DNA of 64,000 nt. Source: Coprothermobacter platensis DSM 11748. GTDB taxonomy: Bacteria; Coprothermobacterota; Coprothermobacteria; Coprothermobacterales; Coprothermobacteraceae. Location: assembly GCF_000378005.1 (NCBI RefSeq), contig NZ_KB899040.1:189468-253467 (forward strand), written 5' to 3'. The position numbers were made by a program, and so were the translations under genes. Below, piece by piece: positions 55,542 to 64,000 of this stretch. Under the pieces are notes generated by a model that was not told where the DNA came from, made no database searches, and saw nothing but the letters and a program-made list of their open reading frames with translations. The stretch's first letter is position 1. The number at the start of each line of letters is the position of its first letter.

Positions 55542-57143
55542 ATGTTCCAAATGGTGTATGTAGTAGGTCATAAAAACCCTGATACCGATTCGATTGTTTC
55601 CGCGGTAGGTTATGCTGCGCTTCAGCCAGATGAGTATGTTCCTTTTAGAGCTGGAGAACCTAACGATGAAACGGTGGCTCTTTTTTCCTTAGCTAATCAC
55701 GATTTGCCGCCGGTGTTAAATTCTCTGCATTTGACCGCCGAAGATATGGCCAAACAGGTTTCTGTTTTAGAAGAAGATGCTACGTTTTTGAACGTTGCTA
55801 AACGTTTGGAGAAGCAAAAAGTCGTGCCTATTTTAAAGGACGGTAAACTGCAAGGAATCGTTACGGAAAAAGACATTTTTCGCGTTATCCAAGAAGAGCT
55901 GTTCAATGAAAATATAATACTTTCTTTGCAGCCAGACGTTCTTCAGAAAACCGTTCCTGGAACGTTTCTTAGTACCCCTGGCGTAATTAAGGGTAAACCG
56001 CTTATTTTAGCCTCCTCTGCAGATACTGTTTCTCAGCGGATAAGCGCTGACCACATCGTTATAATGGGCGATAGGTGGGACTTGCTGCCTCTCATAATAG
56101 AAAGAAAAGTAGGCGGCCTTGTCTTCACCATGGGAATTACCCCTCCTGAGAAAGAACTTCATAAACTTTTAGATGCTGGCATTATCGTTTATTCTTCTTC
56201 ATTGCATACGTACAACACAGTTAGGTTGCTTTTCATGGCTCTTTCTGCCAAAGAAGCCATGAATAATAGCCCTGTAAGCGTGTCTCCACAAGATGGCCTC
56301 CAGTATTTGAGACGGCTGTCCAATCTTTACCGCCATCGTTACTTCCCCATTGTGGAAGAAGATGGGTCATTTAAGGGACTCTTGGAACTCGCCGACTTGG
56401 CCAGTCCACCGAGAAAAAGGGTGGTTCTGGTTGATCATAACGAACACGGGCAAGCTGTGGATGGCGTTGAAGAAGCAGAGGTTGTTGCCATCATAGATCA
56501 TCACCGGGTGGCTTCTTTTACTACCGATGAACCCATAAAGATTATCGTGGAACCTGTGGGTTCTACCTCTACGTTGGTTGCACGAGAGTATTTGCGCTCT
56601 GAGAAAATGCCTGCCCACGATGTATCCACGTTGCTCTTAGGTGGTATTATCAGCGATACATTGAATTTACAATCTGTTACCACGACGCCACTTGATGTGG
56701 ATGTGGCTCAGTACTTAGAAGATAGAAGTGTTGTTTCTCGTGAAGAGCTTGCAGGCCAACTCTTTCAAGCACGTATCCAAGCTATTTTGAAAGATCCTTC
56801 TACGCTTACAAAGGATTTCAAACTGTTCACTTTTGGTAGCGTCAGGGTAGGGATAGCTCAAATAGAAGTTCCTGAAGGGATGTCACTGGTACAAAGTATG
56901 CGTAGTTACATAGACCACGTAATGGAGGAAAAAGTTCATCAAGAAAACTTAGATTTAGGGCTTTTCATGCTAACCGACATAACCAGGAAGGGTACTTTGC
57001 TCTTTGCTTTTGGAGATAGGCAAATTGCACAAACTGTATGGGCTCGTCCTTTTAAAGATGGATTCGAATATTTACCTCAGGTTGTGAGCCGAAAGAAACA
57101 GATAGTGCCAATTCTACAGAAAAATCTTGGTACTGGTAGATAG
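55542..57143 (+). CDS. CBS-domain-containing family II inorganic pyrophosphatase (DHH-CBS-DHHA2, CBS-PPase)
   Basis: N-terminus VVGHKNPDTDSIVSAVGYA is the DHH motif of PpaC. Two CBS domains are inserted, and a C-terminal DHHA2 domain follows with DHN and GGIISDTLNL. Confidence 0.8.
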   Translation: MFQMVYVVGHKNPDTDSIVSAVGYAALQPDEYVPFRAGEPNDETVALFSLANHDLPPVLNSLHLTAEDMAKQVSVLEEDATFLNVAKRLEKQKVVPILKDGKLQGIVTEKDIFRVIQEELFNENIILSLQPDVLQKTVPGTFLSTPGVIKGKPLILASSADTVSQRISADHIVIMGDRWDLLPLIIERKVGGLVFTMGITPPEKELHKLLDAGIIVYSSSLHTYNTVRLLFMALSAKEAMNNSPVSVSPQDGLQYLRRLSNLYRHRYFPIVEEDGSFKGLLELADLASPPRKRVVLVDHNEHGQAVDGVEEAEVVAIIDHHRVASFTTDEPIKIIVEPVGSTSTLVAREYLRSEKMPAHDVSTLLLGGIISDTLNLQSVTTTPLDVDVAQYLEDRSVVSREELAGQLFQARIQAILKDPSTLTKDFKLFTFGSVRVGIAQIEVPEGMSLVQSMRSYIDHVMEEKVHQENLDLGLFMLTDITRKGTLLFAFGDRQIAQTVWARPFKDGFEYLPQVVSRKKQIVPILQKNLGTGR

Positions 57144-57152
57144 CAAATTGCT

Positions 57153-58079
57153 TTAGTAAACGGTCATACTTCTTAATCTTTTTATACGCTCTTCTGTAGA
57201 AGGATGAGTGGAGAATAGGTTAGTCATCCAATCGCCTTTCACGTTATTTACAATGAAAAGTTCCGCAAAAGCTGGATTTGTGCTTGAAGCGGCACGTTTG
57301 GGCACGCGCTTTCCATAAAGGTCTAATTTCTCCAGAGCACTGGCTAATGCTTCGGGATTTCTTGTAATCTGTGCACTTCCAGCATCTGCCATGAATTCTC
57401 TTTCTCTGCTCACGGCTAACCTTACCAATGTAGCGGCTAATGGAGCAAGGAATATGAGAAGCATGCCTATGAGCATTACGATGGCGTTTGAACCTCGGTC
57501 GTCTCTATCTCTGCCCATGCCACCCCAGAACATCATGCGCCATGAGATATTGGCTAAATAAGAAACCATGAGCGCTAAAGTCGCTGCCATACTTGTTAGT
57601 AGTATGTCTCTGTTCTTTACGTGGCTTAACTCGTGTCCTATCACACCCGATAGCTCTTCGCGATTCATCATCTGTAGAAGGCCCCGCGTAGCCACTACCA
57701 CGGCATGGTTTGGGTCTCTACCTGTAGCAAATGCATTTGGTTCTTGGGTTTCCATGATGCCCACTTTAGGCATAGGCAAACCTGCAGCAATGCTAAGTTC
57801 TTCCACCACGTCAAAAAGTGTCTGAGCTTCCAACGATTCGTTCCTGTCTACCAAATGAGTCCCCGTAGAAGCAAGAACAATCTTATCTGAATACCAATAG
57901 CTGACCCAAATTTGCATAAGAGCCATGACTAACGCTATGGTGAGCCAAAGCGTCACATTGCCAAATAAATAACCAATGACCCAACCTAAAGCCAAGATTA
58001 TGGCGCCAAACCATATCATAAGAAGAAATGTTTTTAATCTTATCGTTCTCATTGTGTCGCTAACGCTTATTGCCAACAA
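57153..58079 (-). CDS. htpX: Zinc metalloprotease HtpX (M48)
   Basis: HELSHVKNRD zinc motif and four TM helices. Confidence 0.9.
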   Translation of the reverse strand: MLAISVSDTMRTIRLKTFLLMIWFGAIILALGWVIGYLFGNVTLWLTIALVMALMQIWVSYWYSDKIVLASTGTHLVDRNESLEAQTLFDVVEELSIAAGLPMPKVGIMETQEPNAFATGRDPNHAVVVATRGLLQMMNREELSGVIGHELSHVKNRDILLTSMAATLALMVSYLANISWRMMFWGGMGRDRDDRGSNAIVMLIGMLLIFLAPLAATLVRLAVSREREFMADAGSAQITRNPEALASALEKLDLYGKRVPKRAASSTNPAFAELFIVNNVKGDWMTNLFSTHPSTEERIKRLRSMTVY

Positions 58080-58175
58080 TAATCACCTCTTCCTGACTAT
58101 TATACCCGGCCGCTCACTGGATTAAACGATTTTTTAAATTCATTTTATCGTTTTACGTTTATAATAGTTCAAGAA

Positions 58176-58565
58176 ATGACAATGGATAGAGAAAAACTTC
58201 TTACCCTCATACAAGAATCCTTTTATGAAGGTGGGTTACTGCTTGAAAATGGCGCTGTAAGAGCGGCTGCTAACCGTTTTTATACAGCAGCCATGTATGG
58301 TGTTATGTTGTTTTTGTCGAGCTCGGTACAAGCTGATGAAACCATTTGGCGTTTGGGCTCGCGTTATTTAAGGAAGAACTCTAAGATGTATAAGACATCA
58401 TTAGAAATACGCAAACTGCGTGGCAATATCGAGTTTACACTGGATCATGAACCTTCACTGTCGGATGTGAAAAAACTTAGTAAGTTATGCCATGTTTTGA
58501 CCACATGGTGCATAGAGCAGACAAAGGAACCTTTATGGAACGAGAAATCATACTACATGGAGTAA
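58176..58565 (+). CDS. HEPN-domain protein (orphan, no adjacent nucleotidyltransferase)
   Basis: 129 aa all-alpha. N-terminal FYEGGLLLENGAVRAAANRFYTAAMYGVMLFL matches the HEPN helix-1/2 pattern. The 3' end overlaps uvrA by 31 nt. Confidence 0.5.
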   Translation: MTMDREKLLTLIQESFYEGGLLLENGAVRAAANRFYTAAMYGVMLFLSSSVQADETIWRLGSRYLRKNSKMYKTSLEIRKLRGNIEFTLDHEPSLSDVKKLSKLCHVLTTWCIEQTKEPLWNEKSYYME

Positions 58566-61360
58566 GGCATCACAATCTTAAAAACCTTTCTTTGAGCATT
58601 CCCCGAGAAAAGTATATTGTTGTTACGGGGATATCAGGCAGTGGCAAATCCACATTGGCTTTTGACGTATTATATGCAGAAGCCCATCGCCGCTTTATCG
58701 AATCACTTAGTGGCTATGCACGTATGTTTTTGGGGATAATGCAAAAACCTGAAGTGGACTACATAGAAGGGATACCTCCTGCCATTTCGGTGGAACAAAA
58801 AACTGCCTCTCATAATCCGCGTTCTATAGTGGGTACGGTAACAGAAATTTACGACTACCTACGACTACTTTTTGCTCATGTGGGTATACCTTACTGCCCG
58901 GAACATCATATTCCCATGCTTCCTGTGACGGTGGACGAGATCGTGGATAAAGTCCTCAGAGAATACGAGGGCCAGCACATTTACATACTATCGCCCATTA
59001 TACGTGGTAAAAAGGGAGAGCAGAAGAAACTTGTAGAACAAGTAGCTAAAATGGGATACACAAAGCTTTTCATGGATGACATACTTTACGACGTGGACGA
59101 ACCCATTGAGATAGACAAGAATCAGCGTCATACGCTGGAAGTGGTAACGGACAGGCTCACTGTGAAAGCGGAAAACCGATCCAGAATCGCTGACGGCGTG
59201 GAACAAGCATTCAAACTGGCCGAAGGCGTCGTAGCTATCATGACTGATCAGGGCAAAGAGTACTTCAGCCAACAAATGGCTTGTCCCATATGTGGCAGGA
59301 CATTGCCAGAACTCTCCCCACGCCTTTTTTCTTTTAATTCGCCTTATGGCGCATGTCCTGAGTGTAACGGTTTAGGTTTTCAAACAAAGGCATCCGAGGA
59401 CTTGGTGGTAGATCAAGATAGCCCACTTCTTGACGCGATCATACCTTATCGTGATAATGATTTTTATCAGCAGATGCTCATGGTATTGGCTCGCGAGCTT
59501 CATATTGATACGAAGAAGCCTTTCAAAGACCTACCTGCAGATGTCAAAGAAGGCATCCTAAGAAAAGGTTTTGGAAAGATTAGGCTTCCACTTCAAATGG
59601 AGAACGGCAGGGAGATAAATGTTACATTCAGACCTGTTTTACCAGAAATAGAAAGGCACATAAGTGAAACAGAAAGCGAAGATGTTTTTAACTGGTACTA
59701 TCGTTATGTAGAAGAAGTGCCTTGCGATGCATGTGGTGGTTCCAGGCTCAGACCAGAAGCGCTCTGGGTTGAAGTGGATGGCAAGAACATTCACCAAGTT
59801 ACCAGCATGGATTTTAAACATTTTCGCACGTGGCTTGAGAATCTGCACGTAACAGGTGCAAAAAGTACTGTAGCAGCCCCAATCATGCAAGAGCTCATGA
59901 AACGGGTCAACTTCGTAGTGGATATCGGCTTGGAATATATTCAGGTCAATCGCCGCATGGACACGCTTAGCGGCGGCGAGGCCCAAAGAGTAAGGCTTGC
60001 CTCCCAGTTAGGAAGTGGCCTTACCGGCGTCCTTTATGTTCTCGATGAACCTTCCATAGGGTTGCATTCACGAGATACGGATAGATTGGTTTCCATTCTT
60101 CGTTCTCTTAGAGACGAAGGGAACACTGTGGTTGTTGTAGAGCACGATAATGACATAATTGAATCAGCAGATCACATAATCGATTTGGGACCTTACGCAG
60201 GCAAAAGGGGAGGTGAAGTAGTTTTCCAGGGGACTCCTGACGAGCTTAAAAAAGCAGATACATTAACAGGTTTATATGTATCGGGAAAAAAGCAAATACA
60301 GATCTCCCAGAAGAGGCGACAGCCTCAGGGGTGGATAAAGCTTCAGGATGCATCACTGAACAATCTTAAGCACATCGATGTGCAATTTCCTTTGGGTTGC
60401 TTCACCGTAGTTTCAGGGGTATCCGGTTCCGGAAAATCTTCGCTGGTCATTGACACTCTTTACAAAGCACTGGAGAATTATCAGAGCAAACGCAAAGTTA
60501 GCAGTGTTCGTCTTAAGAACATGCAAATTGACGGTACCATAAAACACACTGTTCTGGTAGACCAGAGCCCCATAGGACGAACGCCGCGAAGCAATCCTGC
60601 CACATATACGGGTGTTTGGACACCCATCCGAGAACTGTTTGCGTCTATGAGAGAGAGCAAAGAGCGTGGATACAAGGCGAGCCGTTTCTCCTTTAATGTG
60701 CCAAGCAGCAGAGGTGGCGGCCGTTGTGAAGCGTGTAAAGGTGAGGGCCAGATTAAAGTAGAGATGGCACTGCTTCCTGATGTTTATGTGACTTGTGAAG
60801 TATGTGGAGGCAAGCGGTTTAACAAAGAGACTTTAGAAGTTAAGTACAAGGGTTTGAGCATAGCGGATGTTCTGGATTTGACAGTAGAAGAAGCGTTGGA
60901 TGTATTTGCCAACATTCCATCTGTAAGGAAGGGTTTAGAAGTTCTTAATGCTGTGGGCTTGGGTTATATAGAGCTGGGGCAAGCAGCAACCACTTTGAGT
61001 GGCGGAGAAGCGCAACGGGTTAAGCTGGCAACTTACTTAAAGTCAAGAGCCACAGACCATGTATTTATATTGGATGAACCCACCACTGGTTTGCACAGTT
61101 ACGATGTCGAAATGCTTCTAAAGGTCCTGCACAAGCTTGTTGATCAGGGCAATACAGTCATCGTCGTGGAACACAATCTTGATGTTATAGGTAATGCTGA
61201 CTATATCATTGATTTAGGCCCTGAAGGTGGGGAAGAGGGCGGCAATATCGTTTTTAGCGGCACTCCCGAGCAGATTGTCAATGAACCGCGTTCTTATACG
61301 GGCATTTATCTTCGGCAGTATTGGGAAAAACTTCAGCCAAAATTGATTTTGTCGCGATGA
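58535..61360 (+). CDS. uvrA: Excinuclease ABC subunit A
   Basis: HHNLKNLSLSIPREKYIVVTGISGSGKSTLAFD, two ABC modules and zinc fingers (CPICG...CPEC; CEACKG...CEVCGG). The N-terminal 16 codons of the track ORF are probably not translated. Confidence 0.95.
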   Translation: MEREIILHGVRHHNLKNLSLSIPREKYIVVTGISGSGKSTLAFDVLYAEAHRRFIESLSGYARMFLGIMQKPEVDYIEGIPPAISVEQKTASHNPRSIVGTVTEIYDYLRLLFAHVGIPYCPEHHIPMLPVTVDEIVDKVLREYEGQHIYILSPIIRGKKGEQKKLVEQVAKMGYTKLFMDDILYDVDEPIEIDKNQRHTLEVVTDRLTVKAENRSRIADGVEQAFKLAEGVVAIMTDQGKEYFSQQMACPICGRTLPELSPRLFSFNSPYGACPECNGLGFQTKASEDLVVDQDSPLLDAIIPYRDNDFYQQMLMVLARELHIDTKKPFKDLPADVKEGILRKGFGKIRLPLQMENGREINVTFRPVLPEIERHISETESEDVFNWYYRYVEEVPCDACGGSRLRPEALWVEVDGKNIHQVTSMDFKHFRTWLENLHVTGAKSTVAAPIMQELMKRVNFVVDIGLEYIQVNRRMDTLSGGEAQRVRLASQLGSGLTGVLYVLDEPSIGLHSRDTDRLVSILRSLRDEGNTVVVVEHDNDIIESADHIIDLGPYAGKRGGEVVFQGTPDELKKADTLTGLYVSGKKQIQISQKRRQPQGWIKLQDASLNNLKHIDVQFPLGCFTVVSGVSGSGKSSLVIDTLYKALENYQSKRKVSSVRLKNMQIDGTIKHTVLVDQSPIGRTPRSNPATYTGVWTPIRELFASMRESKERGYKASRFSFNVPSSRGGGRCEACKGEGQIKVEMALLPDVYVTCEVCGGKRFNKETLEVKYKGLSIADVLDLTVEEALDVFANIPSVRKGLEVLNAVGLGYIELGQAATTLSGGEAQRVKLATYLKSRATDHVFILDEPTTGLHSYDVEMLLKVLHKLVDQGNTVIVVEHNLDVIGNADYIIDLGPEGGEEGGNIVFSGTPEQIVNEPRSYTGIYLRQYWEKLQPKLILSR

Positions 61361-62100
61361 AATACACAGGACGAGCGGTTTTAGTTACCGGTGGGTCGAG
61401 GGGCATTGGTGCTGCCATTGTACGACGTTTAGCACAGGAAGGTCTCAAAGTTGCTTTTTTCTACCACCAAAGTGTGGAAGACGCCATGAGTTTATTAAAC
61501 TGGGGTGAACAAAGTGGTTTTTCCATTGTCCCCATTCAGGTTGATTTAAGTCAAGAGATGGATGTGCAAAGGGCATTACAGAATGCCAAAGTCAACGTGG
61601 GTCCCATTGATTACTTAGTAAACAACGCGGCTGTAGCGCGGTATGCACTTTTCAGTGATGAGACAAAAGAAGATATGGAACAAATCATTAGGACAAATTT
61701 TGAATCTGTTTTATGGGTCACTCAGGACGTGAGTAAAGGGATGGTCCTGAGGCAATTTGGTTCCATCGTAAACATTTCTTCAATTTGGGGGCTTTATGGA
61801 AGTTCCTGCGAGAGTGTTTATGCCGCGACAAAAGGTGCGCTGATAAGTTTTACGAAATCCATTGCCAAAGAGCTTGGCCCCAGTAATGTTAGAGTAAATT
61901 GTATTGCTCCGGGTGTCATTGATACAGACATGTTAGAGCCACTTTCTAAACAAGACATAGATCAATTGGTTCAACGCATTCCATTATGCAGGCTCGGACG
62001 CCCTGAAGAGGTTGCCTCTGCTGTGGCCTTTCTTCTTTCCGATGAAGCAAGTTACATAAGCGGTTCTGTTCTGGAAGTATCAGGAGCGTTTATCTCCTAA
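61357..62100 (+). CDS. SDR-family oxidoreductase (FabG-like)
   Basis: AVLVTGGSRGIGAAI, NNAAV, and the catalytic YAATKGAL. ATG overlaps the uvrA stop (ATGA). Confidence 0.85.
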   Translation: MKYTGRAVLVTGGSRGIGAAIVRRLAQEGLKVAFFYHQSVEDAMSLLNWGEQSGFSIVPIQVDLSQEMDVQRALQNAKVNVGPIDYLVNNAAVARYALFSDETKEDMEQIIRTNFESVLWVTQDVSKGMVLRQFGSIVNISSIWGLYGSSCESVYAATKGALISFTKSIAKELGPSNVRVNCIAPGVIDTDMLEPLSKQDIDQLVQRIPLCRLGRPEEVASAVAFLLSDEASYISGSVLEVSGAFIS

Positions 62101-62657
62101 TAGGCAATATCTTCGTCAAAGTCGGAAGCAGGCTCTTTCTTTGTTCCCACTGCCACTGCCAGTGACTCTTTGCCGACTTCCTTTAATACCACGTAAGGAT
62201 TAACAAAACCCAGCTTCAACAGTAGAGGAAGGCTATCACGAGAAGATTGTTCCATCAGTGTTTTTTTGTATTTGTCTACCAACTGTTCTTCAAATGGTAA
62301 TAAGACCTCTACTTTTCCATTTTCAGGAAGCAAATAATAAGCTTCTATGAGATAAGATTCTAATTTACTTGGGGTTGGTATAACGAACACTCTATCCAAT
62401 GATGTGCTTTTTACACTTCTAAGCCGACGTAAGTGCGTTATGATAGTCCTATGCATAATATCCTTATCTTCCAACTCTGAATGCCATAGTTGCGGGTTGT
62501 TCGTCACTAACAGCAACCACCCATAAGTTCCCACTTCGTTGAGAAAACTTACTACCAAGCTATATGCATCACGCTCTGGGAGAGAGTCCACGGATATCAA
62601 AGCCACATTTTGATTTGGCTTTAAATCCAGCGTTTTAGGTATTAATCTATATTCCAT
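62097..62657 (-). CDS. Hypothetical protein (possibly a degenerate RecA/KaiC-like fold without a P-loop)
   Basis: 186 aa; no recognised motif. Alternating beta/alpha pattern. Overlaps the DUF72 gene by 16 nt. Confidence 0.35.
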   Translation of the reverse strand: MEYRLIPKTLDLKPNQNVALISVDSLPERDAYSLVVSFLNEVGTYGWLLLVTNNPQLWHSELEDKDIMHRTIITHLRRLRSVKSTSLDRVFVIPTPSKLESYLIEAYYLLPENGKVEVLLPFEEQLVDKYKKTLMEQSSRDSLPLLLKLGFVNPYVVLKEVGKESLAVAVGTKKEPASDFDEDIAY

Positions 62658-63400
62658 AAGCTAAGGAGCATCTGAGCGTTTTTAAACGCTTTCCCTTGAT
62701 AGTGATTGTTAAAGTATAGAAGATATCTGTTGCTGTTTGTCGCCTTTATGTCTTTCATTATTTCCTCCAATTCTTCCTGGCTGTACAAGTAGTTATAGCG
62801 CTCATAGGCTTCTTCATGTTGCCACCAATTTTCCTTGTTCCTTCCGTGAAATCGCATATACACGGTGTCATTGGGTATTACTTGCCTCAGAAAAGGTGAA
62901 TCTTGAGAAACAGGTATAAAATTCCATTCCTTAGCCATGTGGCTTATGGTTTCATCTTTGAACCAGGAAGGGTGTCTCACTTCCACGGCTTTATCATATG
63001 GAATGTCTTCCATTACATCTTGTAAATAGTCAACATTTTCTGCTGTTTTGTGAAAAGAATACGGAAACTGAAGCAGAACAACCATTTGCCTTCCTTCCTC
63101 TGGTATGGTGTTAAACGCCTCCAGTACGTAGGGAAGGGATTCTTTATTGCCTTTATGGGTGATTTCCTGATACATTTTTACCGCGAACAAGAAATCCTTG
63201 TTCGTTCTTTGGCATAAGCTTTTCATGGTCTTTTTACTCGGAATGGCATAAAAACTGCTGTTTATTTCCACTGTATTGAAAAAGTGCACATAGTAATCAA
63301 ACCACTGTGTTTTCTTAATTGTTTCTGGGTAAACGTAACCCATCCAATCTTTGTAAGAAAAGCCGCTTGTTCCTACTCTTAACTCCATATTTCTTGCCAC
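62642..63400 (-). CDS. DUF72 (YecE-like) family protein
   Basis: N-terminus LRVGTSGFSYKDWMGYVYP...FNTVEINSSFYAIP matches the DUF72 hallmark GTSGWSYxxWxGxFYP...FxxVEINxTFY. Confidence 0.75.
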   Translation of the reverse strand: MARNMELRVGTSGFSYKDWMGYVYPETIKKTQWFDYYVHFFNTVEINSSFYAIPSKKTMKSLCQRTNKDFLFAVKMYQEITHKGNKESLPYVLEAFNTIPEEGRQMVVLLQFPYSFHKTAENVDYLQDVMEDIPYDKAVEVRHPSWFKDETISHMAKEWNFIPVSQDSPFLRQVIPNDTVYMRFHGRNKENWWQHEEAYERYNYLYSQEELEEIMKDIKATNSNRYLLYFNNHYQGKAFKNAQMLLSLWNID

Positions 63401-64000
63401 TTCCTAAAGACAGTGAAGAGCCCAGCAACAAATGCTACCGAGAACGTTGACCACAGTATAAAGGCACTCACTGAACCTGGTGAAATAATGTATCTGCGAG
63501 CTCCGTACAGTCCCATCCATATGAGAACTACACCACTGCACATATAAAAAATAGACTCGCTATCCATGTCAGGGAATATTAGGGACAAAGGTATTATGGC
63601 AATGGCCGGCCCAACTAAGAAAAGAGGAGAAAACTTAAACAAGAACCCTCCCAATAATGTTGATATGATAAGAAGGCCAATGGTAACAGGTACCATCCTA
63701 AGATTGAAACGCCAGGATAAGAACAAAGCGCCTAATAAAAACCAATACCACCGCTGTGCCATATCCAATAGCCATTTTTGCCGTGCTACGGCGTTTATTT
63801 CTTGCATTGCTTCGCTAATCATTTCTTGCTCTTCGCTAAAGGCTTTTTCATAATCACCTTCGTAATAACTTATACCCGGTTTATAACTTTCGATATCGGT
63901 AAACTTACTGGTTCCAAACAAGGATGTGGAAATACCATCAGCAAGTACAAGTTTTTGTCTTAACAAGAAGAAATTTCTGTATGCTTTGAGTTCGTAGTTA
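63379..64000 (-). CDS. Membrane protein of unknown function, 5' end beyond the window
   Basis: Reading frame remains open upstream of the TTG at 63966 to the window edge. Soluble N-terminal region then four TM helices. Confidence 0.4.
   Translation of the reverse strand, partial: NYELKAYRNFFLLRQKLVLADGISTSLFGTSKFTDIESYKPGISYYEGDYEKAFSEEQEMISEAMQEINAVARQKWLLDMAQRWYWFLLGALFLSWRFNLRMVPVTIGLLIISTLLGGFLFKFSPLFLVGPAIAIIPLSLIFPDMDSESIFYMCSGVVLIWMGLYGARRYIISPGSVSAFILWSTFSVAFVAGLFTVFRKWQEIWS

Noticed and set aside
1-64000. Searched by eye for tRNA/rRNA genes, CRISPR repeat arrays, transposase or integrase genes, and long direct repeats
   Set aside because: None seen. All intergenic gaps longer than 100 bp are accounted for by the elements listed above. 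A computational scan (tRNAscan-SE, a CRISPR finder, a self-dotplot) would be needed to exclude short or degenerate elements.

Overview
This 64 kb window is a gene-dense stretch of bacterial chromosome at about 42% GC. Nearly all genes sit in tightly packed or overlapping operons with AGGAGG-type ribosome-binding sites and frequent TTG/GTG starts. The layout suggests a Thermotogae- or Firmicutes-like anaerobe, but I cannot name the organism from the sequence alone.

Features, in order:
- **1-10.2 kb (+):** a flagellar type-III export and chemotaxis operon: fliM (3' end), fliY, cheY, fliO, fliP, fliQ, fliR, flhB, flhA, flhF, flhG, cheB, cheR.
- **10.2-14.4 kb (-):** a convergent operon of an MscS channel, a DUF342 (FapA-like) protein and a long FtsA-like actin-fold ATPase.
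- **14.4-18.7 kb (+):** a ZnuABC-like metal uptake system and an ABC-2 (NatAB-like) exporter.
- **18.66-19.8 kb (+):** a GC-rich structured leader RNA with its own sigma-70 promoter, followed by three small membrane-stress proteins (DUF948-like, a glycine-zipper protein with a Cys-rich acidic tail, YtxH-like).
- **19.9-22.8 kb (-):** dnaK then dnaJ, with no grpE and no recognisable CIRCE operator.
- **23-26 kb (-):** an amidohydrolase, a DUF401-like permease and a small hypothetical.
- **26.6-31.5 kb (+):** a def-fmt ... rsgA-rpe block in which the usual rsmB/rlmN/prpC/prkC slot holds two unknown membrane proteins and a standalone triple-PASTA protein.
- **31.5-36.5 kb (+):** an SPFH protein, a MalK-like ATPase, a sigma-54 activator and a polyprenyl sugar transferase.
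- **36.5-64 kb:** housekeeping and stress genes. They include HU, a MarR/nitroreductase/DsrE redox locus, a MoaD-like gene overlapping an LplA-like gene, sfsA, ogg, transketolase, nicotinamidase pncA, nth, birA, pepF, a CBS-DHH pyrophosphatase, htpX, an orphan HEPN gene overlapping uvrA, an SDR and a DUF72 protein.

I saw no rRNA, tRNA, CRISPR array or obvious mobile element.

The most unusual items are the structured leader RNA at 18.7 kb, the MscS-DUF342-actin-like operon, and a perfect leaderless promoter that implies a frameshifted N-terminus on the DUF401 gene. Also notable are the MoaD-like/lipoyl-ligase-like pair, the kinase-less PASTA protein and the HEPN gene overlapping uvrA. All calls rest on reading the translated ORFs and the DNA by eye; none has been checked against a database.
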